Source of the DNA: Anthoceros angustus
Lineage: Eukaryota; Plantae; Anthocerotophyta
DNA length: 64,000 bases
Assembly: GCA_010909165.1 (NCBI GenBank)
Contig: MU008160.1
Coordinates: forward strand, 1,922,001 to 1,986,000
Direction of reading: 5' to 3'
Part shown: positions 37,306-49,500 of the stretch, piece by piece
How the letters are laid out: the number at the start of each line of letters is the position of its first letter
Position numbering within the stretch: position 1 is the first letter of the stretch
Program-made: the position numbers and the translations under genes
Notes under the pieces: generated by a model
What the model saw: only the letters and a program-made list of their open reading frames with translations
Databases searched by the model: none
What the model was told of the DNA's origin: nothing

Positions 37306-38500
37306 GTGGGATAAAACTTTTCATTTCCAGCCTGTAGCTGCTCTTGTGCTTGTAACATTGAGTGATTGGGAATGGGTCTCTGATTTCATAGAGATGTGGG
37401 TCAACAAAGAGAAACCTCCGGTCTGCTGGGCATCTCGGAATATGACATCACCGCGTCTTAGAGCAATCTGCTGTCCAACCTGTTCAATAGTGTCTTGGTG
37501 GAGCCGAGCATGCTCATTCTTCTCCCACACGTGATGCTGGGTACTGAGAGCATAGCACCAGTTGTGGTAGAAAATACCAGCGGAGTCAGTCTCATGCGTG
37601 CAAGAGTGGAGAACCCAATCCCTACAGGTCACCAAAATCACGCTTATCATGACCCCATGATTGATTTCCTTTGGCTCGATCCCACAGCTGCTTCCCCTCC
37701 TCTCGCGATGAGTCGGGGTTTGTCCGGCCTCCCCTCCTCATCCCAGCGTAGTACCTTGAATAGACACTTTCAGACTCTTCAATCCCGTTTCCCATGGCGG
37801 TCCTCGAGAACTTGTTAGAAGCTCAGCCCAAACTGGATTCCTTCTTGGTTGAGGGGTATCACAGCGACCCCCATTAAGCTCACTGTCCAGGTCAACGGTG
37901 GCTTGAGGCTTCGTTCGGTCGGCATCCATGTCTCGGTTTTACTGTAATGATTCTTCCTGAGCAATAACGATCATTTCTCCATCTTCAACTTCACGACTGG
38001 CACGAATCTCCCTTAGAGCTAACCTTGGAGGACGTTAAAGCCCCCATCAAAAACCTCACATTCTTTCCTCTGGAAGAAACTGCAGCACTACAAAAGAGAA
38101 ATGTGCAGGAAAGTGGCAGATCAAATTCAATTCATTAACAAGGTGCGCAGCTCTAAATCGCCAAGCCCAGATCTCAAGTCGTCCACTTTCAGAAGGAGCA
38201 AGAATGCGCTTATGTTGGTGGATGCAGCTGCAGATATTTCCTGCTCTGACAGGAGCTCATGCGGCTGAGTGAACAGTCCGGCCTAGGATTCGGGTCGTGG
38301 TCGTCATGAACCAGAAGGGGAGAGGCTGGCCCTTCACTGCGGTCTCCATTCAAATTACGACGAGTTCAGCACGCCATCTGGAATAACAAAGATTGACTTC
38401 ACGTAGTCAAATCCGACTGTGTGCTATAGATCGGATTGGAGACTGGACAACTTCAACCCTATGCGATTGTTGAAGACATCGGGACGCATCAGCTGAGATC

Positions 38501-40992
38501 TTGGCCATGGCTGGATGGTCAGCAAGGTGGATATTGGTGTACCTGGTGCTCACAAATTGCGGTTGCTTGCTTGCTGCTGGGCAAGCCCCTAGCCCTTCTC
38601 CCAGTTCTTCTGCCATTGACGCATTTTTGGATGAGAAGGAGCAGGAGGTGCGGCTAATAGCCGACCAAGCTAGAAAAAACCATGAAAATACCTGCGGTAA
38701 GCGAGATTCGGCATACGTTACATACCAGCAACTCTGTGCAGGAGTTCACTTGCTGACTGGGGGGGTTCTGTGTGGGCTGAAACTGCAGAGCTGGTGGCAA
38801 CATGTGATTCCCTGCAAAATTGCTCCAGAGGAGCTTGCGAATATGTGCTGGGGGACCTAGGAAATCTAGTGTGTGCTTCCATCATGAACAACACAAGTTG
38901 CAAAGATGGGAATGGCGCTGTGTGCAATTATGGGTTGGTGACTTACGACAGGAGTTATGTGAGGTGAGAGATCCGAGGTTGCGTATCCCGGGGTCTTTCG
39001 TTCACCAGCCCATCCATGCTAATCCTGCAAATACTGGGCACCCATTAATAACATAGGTGGAGTTCCTCCCGAAGTGAAGAACGCCATCTGCTCTCAGCGT
39101 GTGCTGGATGACAGTGTCTTCAAGTTCGTGGAGTCTAGCAGAACGGGTACGGAGTTTTTCACCTATGCCCTGGGAAGCGTGGAAGGTCCCCATCGCTTCT
39201 ATCCTGGCAGGGTGAGATAGCACATGACAACGCCCTGCAAAGCCCTTTCACTCTTGGCCTCTTCCAACATCTCATCTTGCAATTGGGCTGGTTTTCTTCC
39301 CAGGCTGTGCCAAATTGCAACATTTATGATGTGAGACAACGGCCCTGGTAAGGAATGAGTCTATATTTGTTTCTAAGGGCAGTGAGTTGCACCTGAATGA
39401 TGTGTCACCTGGGACATCGCTCTGGCTCTACGTTGAACAGGTACAATGGAGCTATTGGTGTAAAGAAGAGTCTTGTCATCCTAATGGACTCCAGTTATTC
39501 CATGGGAGGGATACAGGGAGCAGTCACTACCGCGTCGTCATTTCTGCAGATCTGCCAAACCACTGCTGTGAACCTGTTAAACACACTGATAGCAACAGAT
39601 GAAGCTTCGGTGATCACCTTCAACGGCAATAACACAGCAGTCCAGTTGGGTGCCAAGGCAAGCTCTCACATTTCATGGTTACTGAAGCCCTTGTTAGGAT
39701 CATAGACTTTCCGCATAATTCTTACCGCGTCTGTGCCTCCAGTTCACTGTTCCCCCCACAGGTTTGGATCCGAGCAGCGCGGAACTGCTCAATCTGACCC
39801 AGGCCGTGGACAGTCTACACGTGTCCAGCAACCAAGAAGCAGCCAATTATACTGCTGGGTTATCTTCAGCTCTTGCTCTGCTTGAAGCAGCTCCACAAGA
39901 TGCAATCAAGGCAATGATTCCCCGACGACAGTTTCTGCACAGACAAAAAGGTCCGTTTACCGATACTCTCTTTGCTGGTCGAATTCTCACTCCCGGATCA
40001 TATACAACAGGTGGTGGTGGTGTTGACGGATGGTCATTTTGGGGACTACGTTAATGTGGAGGAGCTAAATCCCGTCCTCCAACAGCTTGGGACGCAACAG
40101 GTGAAAGTCCTCATGTACAGCGTTGGAGTAGCAAGCTCTTCAGCCATGGGCAATCTCTCAAAGATTGCCTGCACGGTAGGAGGTTCTTACGAGGTAGTAG
40201 CCAACCCGCAAAATCCTCTCTATGGAATCCGATCTCTGTTTTCCTTCTTTGCTCGAGCCCATGTAGCAGTTTTCCATAAGCCCTACTGGCAAGGGAGATA
40301 CACCGACTACGACGACCATCGAAGTCACGTACCCAGGTACTCACTCCCATTTGCCACGCCAGGCCTCTCTTTCTTGATCCTTGTGATGGAAGGTCTCATA
40401 CAGCTTCACTGCAGTAATGACAAGCGATGGCATGGAGTTGATTGGAGTAGCGGGCATCGAGGTCCAAAAGTCATCCCTCAGTCTTCTGCTTCAAGGCTCG
40501 ATTGATACTGGCTTGCAGAGTAGGAGCGGTGGGGTAGTGGTTACAAATCGTGCTGCTACAGGCGCTAGTCTGTCATGCGCACTGCCAGTAAGTGGCTTCT
40601 TGAGAAGAACTGAACATGCACCCTTCTGCTCACACGTTGTCCCTAACAGCTTCTTTCTGCAGGCTACCGATCCATCCACTACCTGTGGCAGTGGCTCCTC
40701 CACTGGAATTTGTCCCCGAACAGATTTCCAGCATGGATACTCTGACGTGGCATGCTGCTCTTCATGTGGAGGGATCCCAGCCCCACCTCCGGCACCCAAT
40801 AGGACAGGTGACTATGTAGGAGGGGTTATAGGGGGCGTAGCTGCACTGGTAGTCGTGACACTGGTAGTTATCTTCCGAAGGAAAATCAGAGAGTGGTGCT
40901 GTCCAGGACCACAAATCGAGGACATACCTCATCAGGGAATGGAAACCAGGATAGATTCCTCGACTGAAGTGAAGATGAACCCAAAACTTTGA
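38501..40992 (+). CDS. alpha2delta/CACHD1-like Cache + vWA single-pass membrane protein
   Basis: Signal peptide; GSVEGPHRFYPG; YDVRQRPW|YNGA…KSLVILMDSSYSM (MIDAS DxSxS); VVVLTDG; PYWQGRYTD; LIGVAGIEV; Cys-rich stalk; TM GGVIGGVAALVVVTLVVIF-RRK; short tail. One acceptor reads CAA (39028-39030) instead of CAG. Confidence 0.8.
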
Positions 40993-41478
40993 TGAGGCAA
41001 ACAACAGTTTGTCATTGTGCACATTGAAGCCGTCACTGACGATGGGAGTGACAAGGGTTCACATTGAACACGTTTTAGGCCCAAACCATAAGGCTTTCTT
41101 CACATTGCACTAGCAGGACGAAATCAAGGAAAGGGTGACGAGATTATCTGGCACACATAAGCCAGTTTAGTCGCATCTTCAGTGAAGTTGTAGGAGACAG
41201 CTTTCGAAGACAAAGAACTTTGTTGTTGTCCACCAAGAGTAGCAGACGACAAGGCTTATCCAGTCTGATGTTTCTGACAACTCGTCCGACACAGGGTGCC
41301 CTGAAAATAATACAACCGACTAGCCGACAGTAGAGCACAAATGATTGACCTGCACGGGCATGTCTGCAAGTGCGGAATCCTCCTCTGTTCTGTCAGACTG
41401 TAGATTCCGAGAAAGTACAACCGTGAGAAAGGAACAGCAGAAAGGGTTCCTGGCACCTGCACTCTGGTTGGCTGATTG

Positions 41479-43320
41479 TTAAGAGGTCGAAGCTGTCAAG
41501 ATCCGATAAGGCGGCAACCTTAGTGGAATTGAGGCCTCATGTTCATGTTCCCCAACCACGGTGGCAGACTTGTAGCGAGCCTCCTCCTTCACCATAGCTG
41601 TTGTCAGCACAGGGTAGTCGCCAGAAAAGCAGGCAAAGCAGAAGGAAGAATGTTCATCACCAAGGTGACCCTTGAGCCTGTGCAGGGGCAAGAAGGCCAA
41701 GCTGTCCGCCCCTATTTGTTTCCTGGTGTCCTCGATGTTGAGCTTGTAGGAAATGAGCTCTTCACGGTTCGGGGTATCCACCCCATAGTAGCACGATGCG
41801 ATAACTGGAGGGCTTGCAATCCTCATGTGAACCTCAGATGCTCCAGCCTCTCTGATCATCCTCACAATCTTAGTTGAGGTTGTGCCTCTCACAATGGAGT
41901 CGTCCACCACCACCACTCTCTTCCCTGCCAACACCTCCTTCACCGGAGAGAGCTTCATCCTCACTGCCAGATCTCTGAGCTTCTGTGTTGGCTCGATGAA
42001 AGTCCTGCCCACATAATGCGACCGCAGCAGCCCCTGCTGGAAGGAGACTCCCGCCTTGCTAGCGTACCCAATGGCTGCAGCCACACCTGAGTCGGGAACC
42101 GCGATCACCACATCACACTCCACCGGAGTCTCCTCTGCCAAAGTCCCTCCAAACCCTAATCTCGCCTGGTAGACGGATCTGCCGTACACCCTGGACACCG
42201 ACGAGGAGAAGTAAATGAGCTCGAAGACGCAAGACTTGCGTGCCCTCTTCGCTGCGAGATAAGACGAGCTCACTCCATCCTCGTCCACCACCACCACTTC
42301 TCCCGGATTCACCTCCCTCTCATACCTAGCTCCGATTATGTCCAGCGCGCAGGTCTCCGACGCAAAATACACAGCTCCAGTCTCATCTCTTCCCATCACC
42401 AAAGGCCGGAAGCCGTGAGGATCTCGCACCGCAATAAGCTGGTACTCCGCCAGGAACAACATGCAATACGCGCCTTCCAGCTGCTCGCACGCTTCCACCA
42501 CCCGGGCCAGGAGATGCTCGTGTGAGGACTTGGCCATGAGATGCAGCACGACCTCGGTGTCGGACGAGCTCTTAAAAATCGAGCCGGCGTCCTCCAACCT
42601 GTCCCGCAGCTCCTTCCCATTCACGAGGTTCCCGTTGTGCGCCACAGCTACCGGACCAAACCTGCACACACGCAAGAACGGCTGCACGTTCTCCGGCACG
42701 GATCCCCCCGCCGTGGCGTACCTCACATGCCCGATGGCAGCCGATCCCCGCAAACTCTCCAGCTCCTCCTCGTCGAACACATCCGACACCAGCCCGACCC
42801 CGGTCACGGCGCTCATCTCCCCGCCGTCCGAGGCCGCAATCCCTGCCCCCTCCTGCCCCCGGTGCTGCAACGAATGCATCGCCAAACGACACAGCCTGCT
42901 GGCCTCGGGGCTCCCGAACACCCCCGCCACTCCGCACTCCTCCCTCAGCTCATCGCCATCATCCTCCCGCTCCCTAGCCATCCAGTCCGCAATCGGATCC
43001 CCGATTTCCCTCTCAAATCCCTCGGGATCTTTCCCCTCCCTGCCCCCGGACGTGCAACACCGCACCGCCGGATCTTCCCTCTCCCTGTCCCCTGACATGC
43101 AACACTGCACCGCAGCCCGGACTGCCGAAATCCCGCCTTTCTCCCTCCGCTCCAAGGCTCCAAAACAGGTCCTAATGGCCAGATCCTGCTTCTTCCAGGC
43201 GCATTCCGAAGTCCAGGTAGTGCGTCTAATCTCGCCACAAGCAAGGAAGGGAGCACTCTCCACAGCCTTGCATGGACACAACCGCAGGCTAGGCGCGTGC
43301 GCCGCCATGGATACCTCCAT
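41479..43320 (-). CDS. purF: Amidophosphoribosyltransferase (GPAT/ATase), plastid-type, intronless
   Basis: 613-aa ORF with transit/propeptide then EECGVAG (Ntn Cys), LQHRGQEGAG, GHVRYATAG, AHNGNLVN, SDTEV, RDPHGFRPL, FASETCA, VPDSG, GRTFIEP, VVVVDDSIVRGTTS. Fe-S cysteines in CVFE, CYYG and CFAC. Confidence 0.97.
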   Translation of the reverse strand: MEVSMAAHAPSLRLCPCKAVESAPFLACGEIRRTTWTSECAWKKQDLAIRTCFGALERREKGGISAVRAAVQCCMSGDREREDPAVRCCTSGGREGKDPEGFEREIGDPIADWMAREREDDGDELREECGVAGVFGSPEASRLCRLAMHSLQHRGQEGAGIAASDGGEMSAVTGVGLVSDVFDEEELESLRGSAAIGHVRYATAGGSVPENVQPFLRVCRFGPVAVAHNGNLVNGKELRDRLEDAGSIFKSSSDTEVVLHLMAKSSHEHLLARVVEACEQLEGAYCMLFLAEYQLIAVRDPHGFRPLVMGRDETGAVYFASETCALDIIGARYEREVNPGEVVVVDEDGVSSSYLAAKRARKSCVFELIYFSSSVSRVYGRSVYQARLGFGGTLAEETPVECDVVIAVPDSGVAAAIGYASKAGVSFQQGLLRSHYVGRTFIEPTQKLRDLAVRMKLSPVKEVLAGKRVVVVDDSIVRGTTSTKIVRMIREAGASEVHMRIASPPVIASCYYGVDTPNREELISYKLNIEDTRKQIGADSLAFLPLHRLKGHLGDEHSSFCFACFSGDYPVLTTAMVKEEARYKSATVVGEHEHEASIPLRLPPYRILTASTS

Positions 43321-43739
43321 CCCTCCCTTTCCCCCGTGGTCTCGTGGGACAGCCTCTTCGATCAGGGCACTTCCTTCATGATCACCAACTCCATGGCCGC
43401 AACAATTGCAGCTTCAAAGAGTAAGCCGAAGAGGCCGAGAGGCAGAATCGGATGAGGACGTAAGGGACGTAATCAGACGGCACCGCCGAATCGATCCCTT
43501 GCATACAAAATCACAGCCACAAATTCTGGTCATGCGTCAAAACGTCCGGTGGCTTCACCTTCAGAGGAAGTTCCCGAGGGGGAATGTGGAGATTTATATG
43601 CAAGAAAAGAGATGGAAACCCATCTACCCACAAGGAAAAGACGAACAACCCTACCAAGGGCACCATGCCAAGGGGACTAAGCCATTATTGCTCACCTCAA
43701 AACTGGTTGGATAAGAAAAGGCCTACTTACCATGGGGCC

Positions 43740-45718
43740 GAAAAAATCGCCTCTCCTGCACTTATCGCCGTCCTATCCTTTGTACAGCGATGGACAATCG
43801 TTGCTTGAAAAAAGTCACAACACAAGAAAGGGGAAGACCAATCCATTCCTGCAATTATGGTATACCTTGGCACAGGCCTTGACAAACCTCGAGAAATCCT
43901 TGCCTATGGTACCATGGGTCTCGATGGCAAGGGGGGTAAAGGTGTGGCCGTCCTGCACCCTTGGCCGCAGTACAACCCTCCGCTGCCCAACCTTGAGGGT
44001 TAAGGATCACATGCTCGCAGACAAAGACCCGGGAGGGGTCTATTACAACCACATCAGCAACAGAAACATGGTCTCCCCAGGATAGAAAAAGGTTAGCTTT
44101 GAGGGAAACGCCGTTGAGCAAGGTGTATGGGCGCTCACTATAAGGAAAGAACCCGTTGTCCTTGGCCATTGAGAACATGACATCCCGGATGGCGTCCTGC
44201 ATAGCAATGCGCTGTCCGCCAGCAAGACAGCAGGCCAGGTGGGTCCTCCAATCATCGAGGGGGGCTCCACAGTTGCAAGCAGAGAAAGAGAGCAGGCCTG
44301 AGGTTGGACCAAGCTCAGGCGAAACCGCATCGCGATGGAAAAAGATGCTGGTGCGACGTGGAATACTTGGATACTGGGTCGAGCCAGAAGCTAGGAACTT
44401 GCTCCCTTCCCTAAGCAAGAGAGAAGCGGAGCCCAAGTGGCCGCGGGAATAGAGGAATCCCGAAGAAGGGCCAACTGCGCCTGCCGGTAGTGTTTCTCCA
44501 AGAGCGACTCTTGAAGCCCACGCAACCAAACCTCGGGGAGTGAGAAGAAATGTGGCAAGGCAACCCTAGCCTCAAAGGATAAAAGTCCCCTAGCCAACCT
44601 CAAGGACGCCTATAGGGGGAAAACCCCCTCCTTCACACCCGAGACGAATGCCTTCAAAATGTGGGATTCCCGAATTAAGAATCGGGAGGCCAAGATGAGG
44701 GCAAACAAGGCCCAGCTCCCTAAGAAGGCCGCCAGCGCAGAGACCTCCGTGGCTAGCAGACCAGTGCCCCCAAAACCGATAGGAAGGAAAGCCTGCCGCT
44801 TCGCCAAATCCCCAGGGGTACACTCGAAGGTGCCCGGGCCGATGATATCACCCAAAGCCTGCATAATCCTTTTGTCGAAAGCTCCCAAGCGGGACAAGAA
44901 AGCCGGAGAGGCAGGTGTTGTACGGAGAAGATATCCAGGCTAACGCACGAAGCAGAAAGAGAGGATCCCAAACGACACTTGCAGGTCCCCCAACTGAGAA
45001 AGGTCAGGGTTTGGTCTTCGTCGGGTGTTTCACCCTCTTTTCGGTACCTGGAGGGGGACATTGCTCGCGAGGGCTCCATATTTTGGCGTCCCGGTGGGGC
45101 CTCCGGCTTTCATTTAGGAATTCGTGGATGCGGCTTTGATTAAGATCTTGACCTTCAAGCCAAGCCGAGAGAGTTCCGAGGAGAAGAAATCAAAAGCCTC
45201 CTTAACCTTGTCCCCAGGCCCCAGGATATGGGTATCGTCAGTCACTGACGATTCCCACGCCGAGGAGGTAGTTAAAGACAGGGCCCTGAAGTGCGCCATA
45301 GCCAAAAGCGTGCATAGCTGAAGAGTCACCCTGCCTTGTGCCCGTCGCCGATTCCAGCATACAAACCCCCTCCACTAAGGGCACATGTTGGTAGTAGATG
45401 TTGGAGGGAGACCCATAAAAGGAGAGGACAAAGGGGATAAGGCCAGCCAGCTGTCCTCCTGCATCCTTGATAGTTTGTCAAAGATAGCCGCCCTAGAGAC
45501 AGTGTTGAAGGCATTCTCGACGTCGACCTGAAGAGCGACCCAATGCGGATGGGTCTCAACAATGGCCTTCACCCCAAATGCCACAGACTCGCAACCCCCG
45601 GGAGTAGCAATTCCAAATTGGTGGGGACTGGATGAGCATGGAACTGGTCCCGGAGCTAGATGGCTATGCTATGACCAATAAGCTGTAAGAATGCTTGCTC
45701 AACAGCGATAGGAGCGAG
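43740..45718 (-). mobile_element. Degenerate, 5'-truncated non-LTR retrotransposon, CRE-like (RT + CCHC zinc finger + restriction-like endonuclease region)
   Basis: PIAVEQ, QVDVENAFNTVSRAAIF, QGD, DDTHILG, QAFLPIGFGGTGL and CNCGAPLDDWRTHLACC…MQDAIRD. Many frameshifts. Confidence 0.75.
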
Positions 45719-45954
45719 CGGTACATACCGGGCGAGCCCGCAGCCTGGCTTCAGGCCCGGTCCAGCGCTTGCGTGCCCGGCGGGAAGACCCGAGGGGCAC
45801 CGGGCCGGTGAGAACACCCTCCGGGGACAAGACCGACGACACTGAGCCGCGACCCACCCCGGCGGCCAGCTGAGCGTAGATGACACCTAGCCCAACCCCT
45901 GACACGGGCCACCCGCACCCCTCGCTTCACACCACAGCCGGTCCTCCGCCTGAC

Positions 45955-46045
45955 CGCGCTCCTGTCCAGCGCTCCTCCGCAGCGCTCCTCCGCAGCGCTC
46001 CTCCGCAGCGCTCCTCCAAGAGCAAGGGCAAGGGCAAGGGCAAAC
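45955..46045. repeat. Short tandem repeats (GCAGCGCTCCTCC)n and (AAGGGC)n
   Basis: Read directly. Confidence 0.8.
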
Positions 46046-46599
46046 TGAGTTACAAAACTGAAAGAAACCAATGCCAAGATAGGCATTATTGTTAAGATAG
46101 ACCTTAAAACACCATAATGTTCTTTCCGTCGGAACAATGAACGCAGGTTCCAGAACGATCGCCGCCGGTTCCTCTTTCTTGTCCCCTTACCAATTTCGAC
46201 TCTAAAGTAAGCCAACGGAAACGACTGGACCGCACTATGCATGCAAGACTCAATAAAGCCTAGTTTACAAGATACGACCGTTTTATTTAATGGACCTATA
46301 GAAAATACTTTACTGGTTTTTGGCCCGCACCATCGGTAAATTTGTAAGAGAAAACCTAAACATTTATTAAAAACGTTCCGGGCACTGTTCAAGTCAATAC
46401 CCTAAACCCATAGTAGGATGCCGGCATACCGGTGGCCTTGCACATAAAAACTCATGGTCAAACCGATAGCTGCTAGGTTTCGGGCATTACATGTGTCTGG
46501 TTCGGGATCAACTGGGATTACGCTACACACATGCCGGATATAATCGGGACGACGGTAATGTTTCTAAGGCGACTATCATCCGGTCTTGAGTGTCTCGCC

Positions 46600-49500
46600 T
46601 TCATTGCCTCGCATCATCTTCCTCTATCCCATCAACTTCTGATGTAGACGGCCATGCTGTGTCTAGTGTTTGTTGACCCTCATCCAAAAGGTCTCCGATG
46701 TTCTTTCATTCTCCTGGCGACAAGAGGCACAATCTGAGCCTTTCCAATTTCTTTTCACTCACGCAAACCTCCTTGGCCCAGAAGTGAGATATTCCTCGAC
46801 GGTGCGGCTCATGGGTGAGCTCCTCTTCTGCATCTCGCAATACTTCATATCCATGCACTCGCTGGAATGAACTCGCACACACCTCTTGTCACTCAATAGA
46901 AATACAATGGCGGCGACAACAAAGCGACCATCAAAGATGTCCCACTCACGAACAAGCATCCACTATCCATCGCCTTCTTTGGAGAATGTCTTGATGAGCT
47001 TCATCATTAACCCCAAAGGCCTTTGGTAGAGGCAGACAAGTTTGTCGAGTGAATGATATAACAATTTCTTCACCACAGTATCGTGGCCAATCACCGATCT
47101 TCCATTGTTAAATGTGCCCTGCAAAGCATTCGGTAACATGACTGCCCGTTGCAAGTCACTTGTCTTCCTCAAACCCCATCCTACTGTCACATACTCAACA
47201 GTATCGAACCCACCTTTGTCATTGTTTACGTTTGTCTTGTCCCAGACAAACGAAATGAGTCCCCCCTTCTGGCACCACTTCCGCATAGCCTCTCTCACCA
47301 AATGGGCATCTTCAACACCATGCATGATTATCATCCGATATTGATCACATTCTATTAAATCATGGAAGGAGTGCAAAACATTTCCACTTGCCAAATATCA
47401 AAGCGTCCGTCCTTCGGCCTTTCGAAACCACGGTACATCCATCACAAACAAAGAGTACCTTCTCTTCCTCACGTACCCTCGCATGTCGAGGATATCTCGT
47501 CCATGTACCTGATATTGCACCTTTTTCTCAGAATGTGGAACAGTGAATTGAAGGAGTCCATCCTCTATGTCTTGGTCGGCTAGTTGTCTTTGCTCATCCT
47601 CTAAGCCCTTCCATGTGTTCACCTCATAAATGAATTGTTGAAAACTTTCAGGGCACTTCGTTAACACCTCAATATCCTTGCGCGGCATGAAGGGAAACCA
47701 ATATTAGCATTAGACGCGGCCTTCATACTTGAATCAGGAAGATGCCAAGACGCCTTCCGGCCTTATGGAGGGAGGAGAGGATGGAGGCGGCATGCCGCCC
47801 GCCACCAAGAAGCGGGTCCCGGGAGGGCGCCGCATGCGGCCCCCACTGGCTCTAGCCTCTTGGTGGCGGGGGACGCGGCCCCGCCTCAGCGGGTCCCGGG
47901 AGGGCGCCGGCATGCGCCCGCCTCAGCGGGTCCCAGGGAGGGCGCAAGATGCGCGCCCCGCCTCGGGTCCCAGGGAGGGCGCCCGCCCGTGGGAGAGCGC
48001 ATGCCGCGCCCACCCTTCAAACCATCAGTTCAAATCACTTCAAACCGGATTGAAATTACCTTGCCCTCAAACGCCGCTTTGGAATCTAGCGACAACTTCG
48101 GTGGAGTGCTGAGGATACTCCTGTCTCACCATCTCGAAAGATGAACACCCAAGGTGCTTGGCCATTGCCACCTGAATGATATGCAACTTTTTCCGCAAAA
48201 TAATGTCATCCGACATTCCCTTCAAATCGATGAGACCAGTGACCACTTTTTTGCAGATGAGCATTTGCCGCCCTGTTGGAATGCCTTGAAAGCAACGCTG
48301 TGGCTTGCATCTCCTTTGGTTTCACAAACACCCTTCTTCGCTTCATGTCTTGCCTTTGCGCTTCCCTTTGCTCTTCTTGCTCATACCAGCTGCCACATGT
48401 TTTTTTTGCTCAGGCAATTCACAAGCCTCCCACTTCGAGAAGATCTTGTCAACATTGCTCCAGACTTTCCCTTCCAGCTTCGCTATGCACAAGATGTGCG
48501 TTCTGTTGTCGACTTTGTTCTGCTTGTATGCATCATCTTCTCGTCCCTCATCGTCTTCGATCAGGCCCAACCTTGTATAAGTTGAACTTCCAAGTCATTG
48601 ACATATGCACGCCATCTCGCTTCGCAATGAGCAGTTCATCCCTTAGGTATCTAACTTGCTCAATGAAAGACATCTTCCGGCGTTTATCCGACATTGTGTT
48701 GTGATCTGTTGCCAGTACCCTCATCTCTTGTAAAGTAAGCCCACAATATACATGAGCCTCTATCCACTTGAATCGCTCTTTGACAGGCGAAATGTCCGCC
48801 AGATGTTGCATAGCAGCAAATGTGTGATTGCCTCCCAAAACGCCCATTACATACTTCTTCGCCCTGAATTTCTTCCAGTCCAAGTCTTCCAGATCATCAC
48901 ACTCCTTTGGGTCAATCATACACAGAAGCGGCAATACGCCCTCTTCCACTCGTCCCTTTCCAATAACGCGGGCCAAGTAATTGGACCATGCCTCATCCAC
49001 CCGCCTTATCTGTGCATCTGGAGTGAGGTAGGAAGCGGGCCTGAGATTCTCCAGCTTCACTAACACAGTTTCGGGCACAACCTTCTTTGCGTAGGCCGCA
49101 TCCCGAATGCTGGTTAGATAGTCCTCCTCGTGAAAAGAAGATGCCAGCCTCTCCTCATCTGTTGAAAGATGAACTGTAGGTATGTCATCTTGGGAGGAGC
49201 TAAATTCCTTTTCACCTTTTCCGCAGTGAAACATCTACATCATCCTGGAGTTGACTCCGGTTTCCGGCATCTGCTGCTTCTATGTTTCCTTTCCTCTTCC
49301 CACCTGCCCTGTTCACATCCGCGATGATAAGCTCGTTCCCGGAAGGTCTGTCTTCCTCTTCCATTCGGCTTGGGGATCTCCTTCTCGATGACCGCCTGTG
49401 CCCACCGCCTTGTTTTTCCTCAGGCGGTCTTCCGGCTTGGTCCCCAAAGCCTGTCACCTACATCATCGGCGACAGCTCCAACCATTGTGGACGGTGCCGC

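Noticed and set aside
37320-38050. Minus-strand coding-like fragments (MDADRTKPQ…)
   Set aside because: Multiple stops and no recognisable family; cannot support a call.
41479-43320. Intronless purF as a recent bacterial transfer or contamination
   Set aside because: It has a plastid transit-type extension and plant-like sequence, plant ATase genes are commonly intronless, and its neighbours are spliced genes.
42461-43381. 306-aa + strand ORF opposite purF
   Set aside because: Antisense shadow of the high-GC3 purF ORF.
45719-45740. GAGCG… as a Sola-type left terminus
   Set aside because: No matching inverted copy found; the true TIR pair is at 46108 and 57994.
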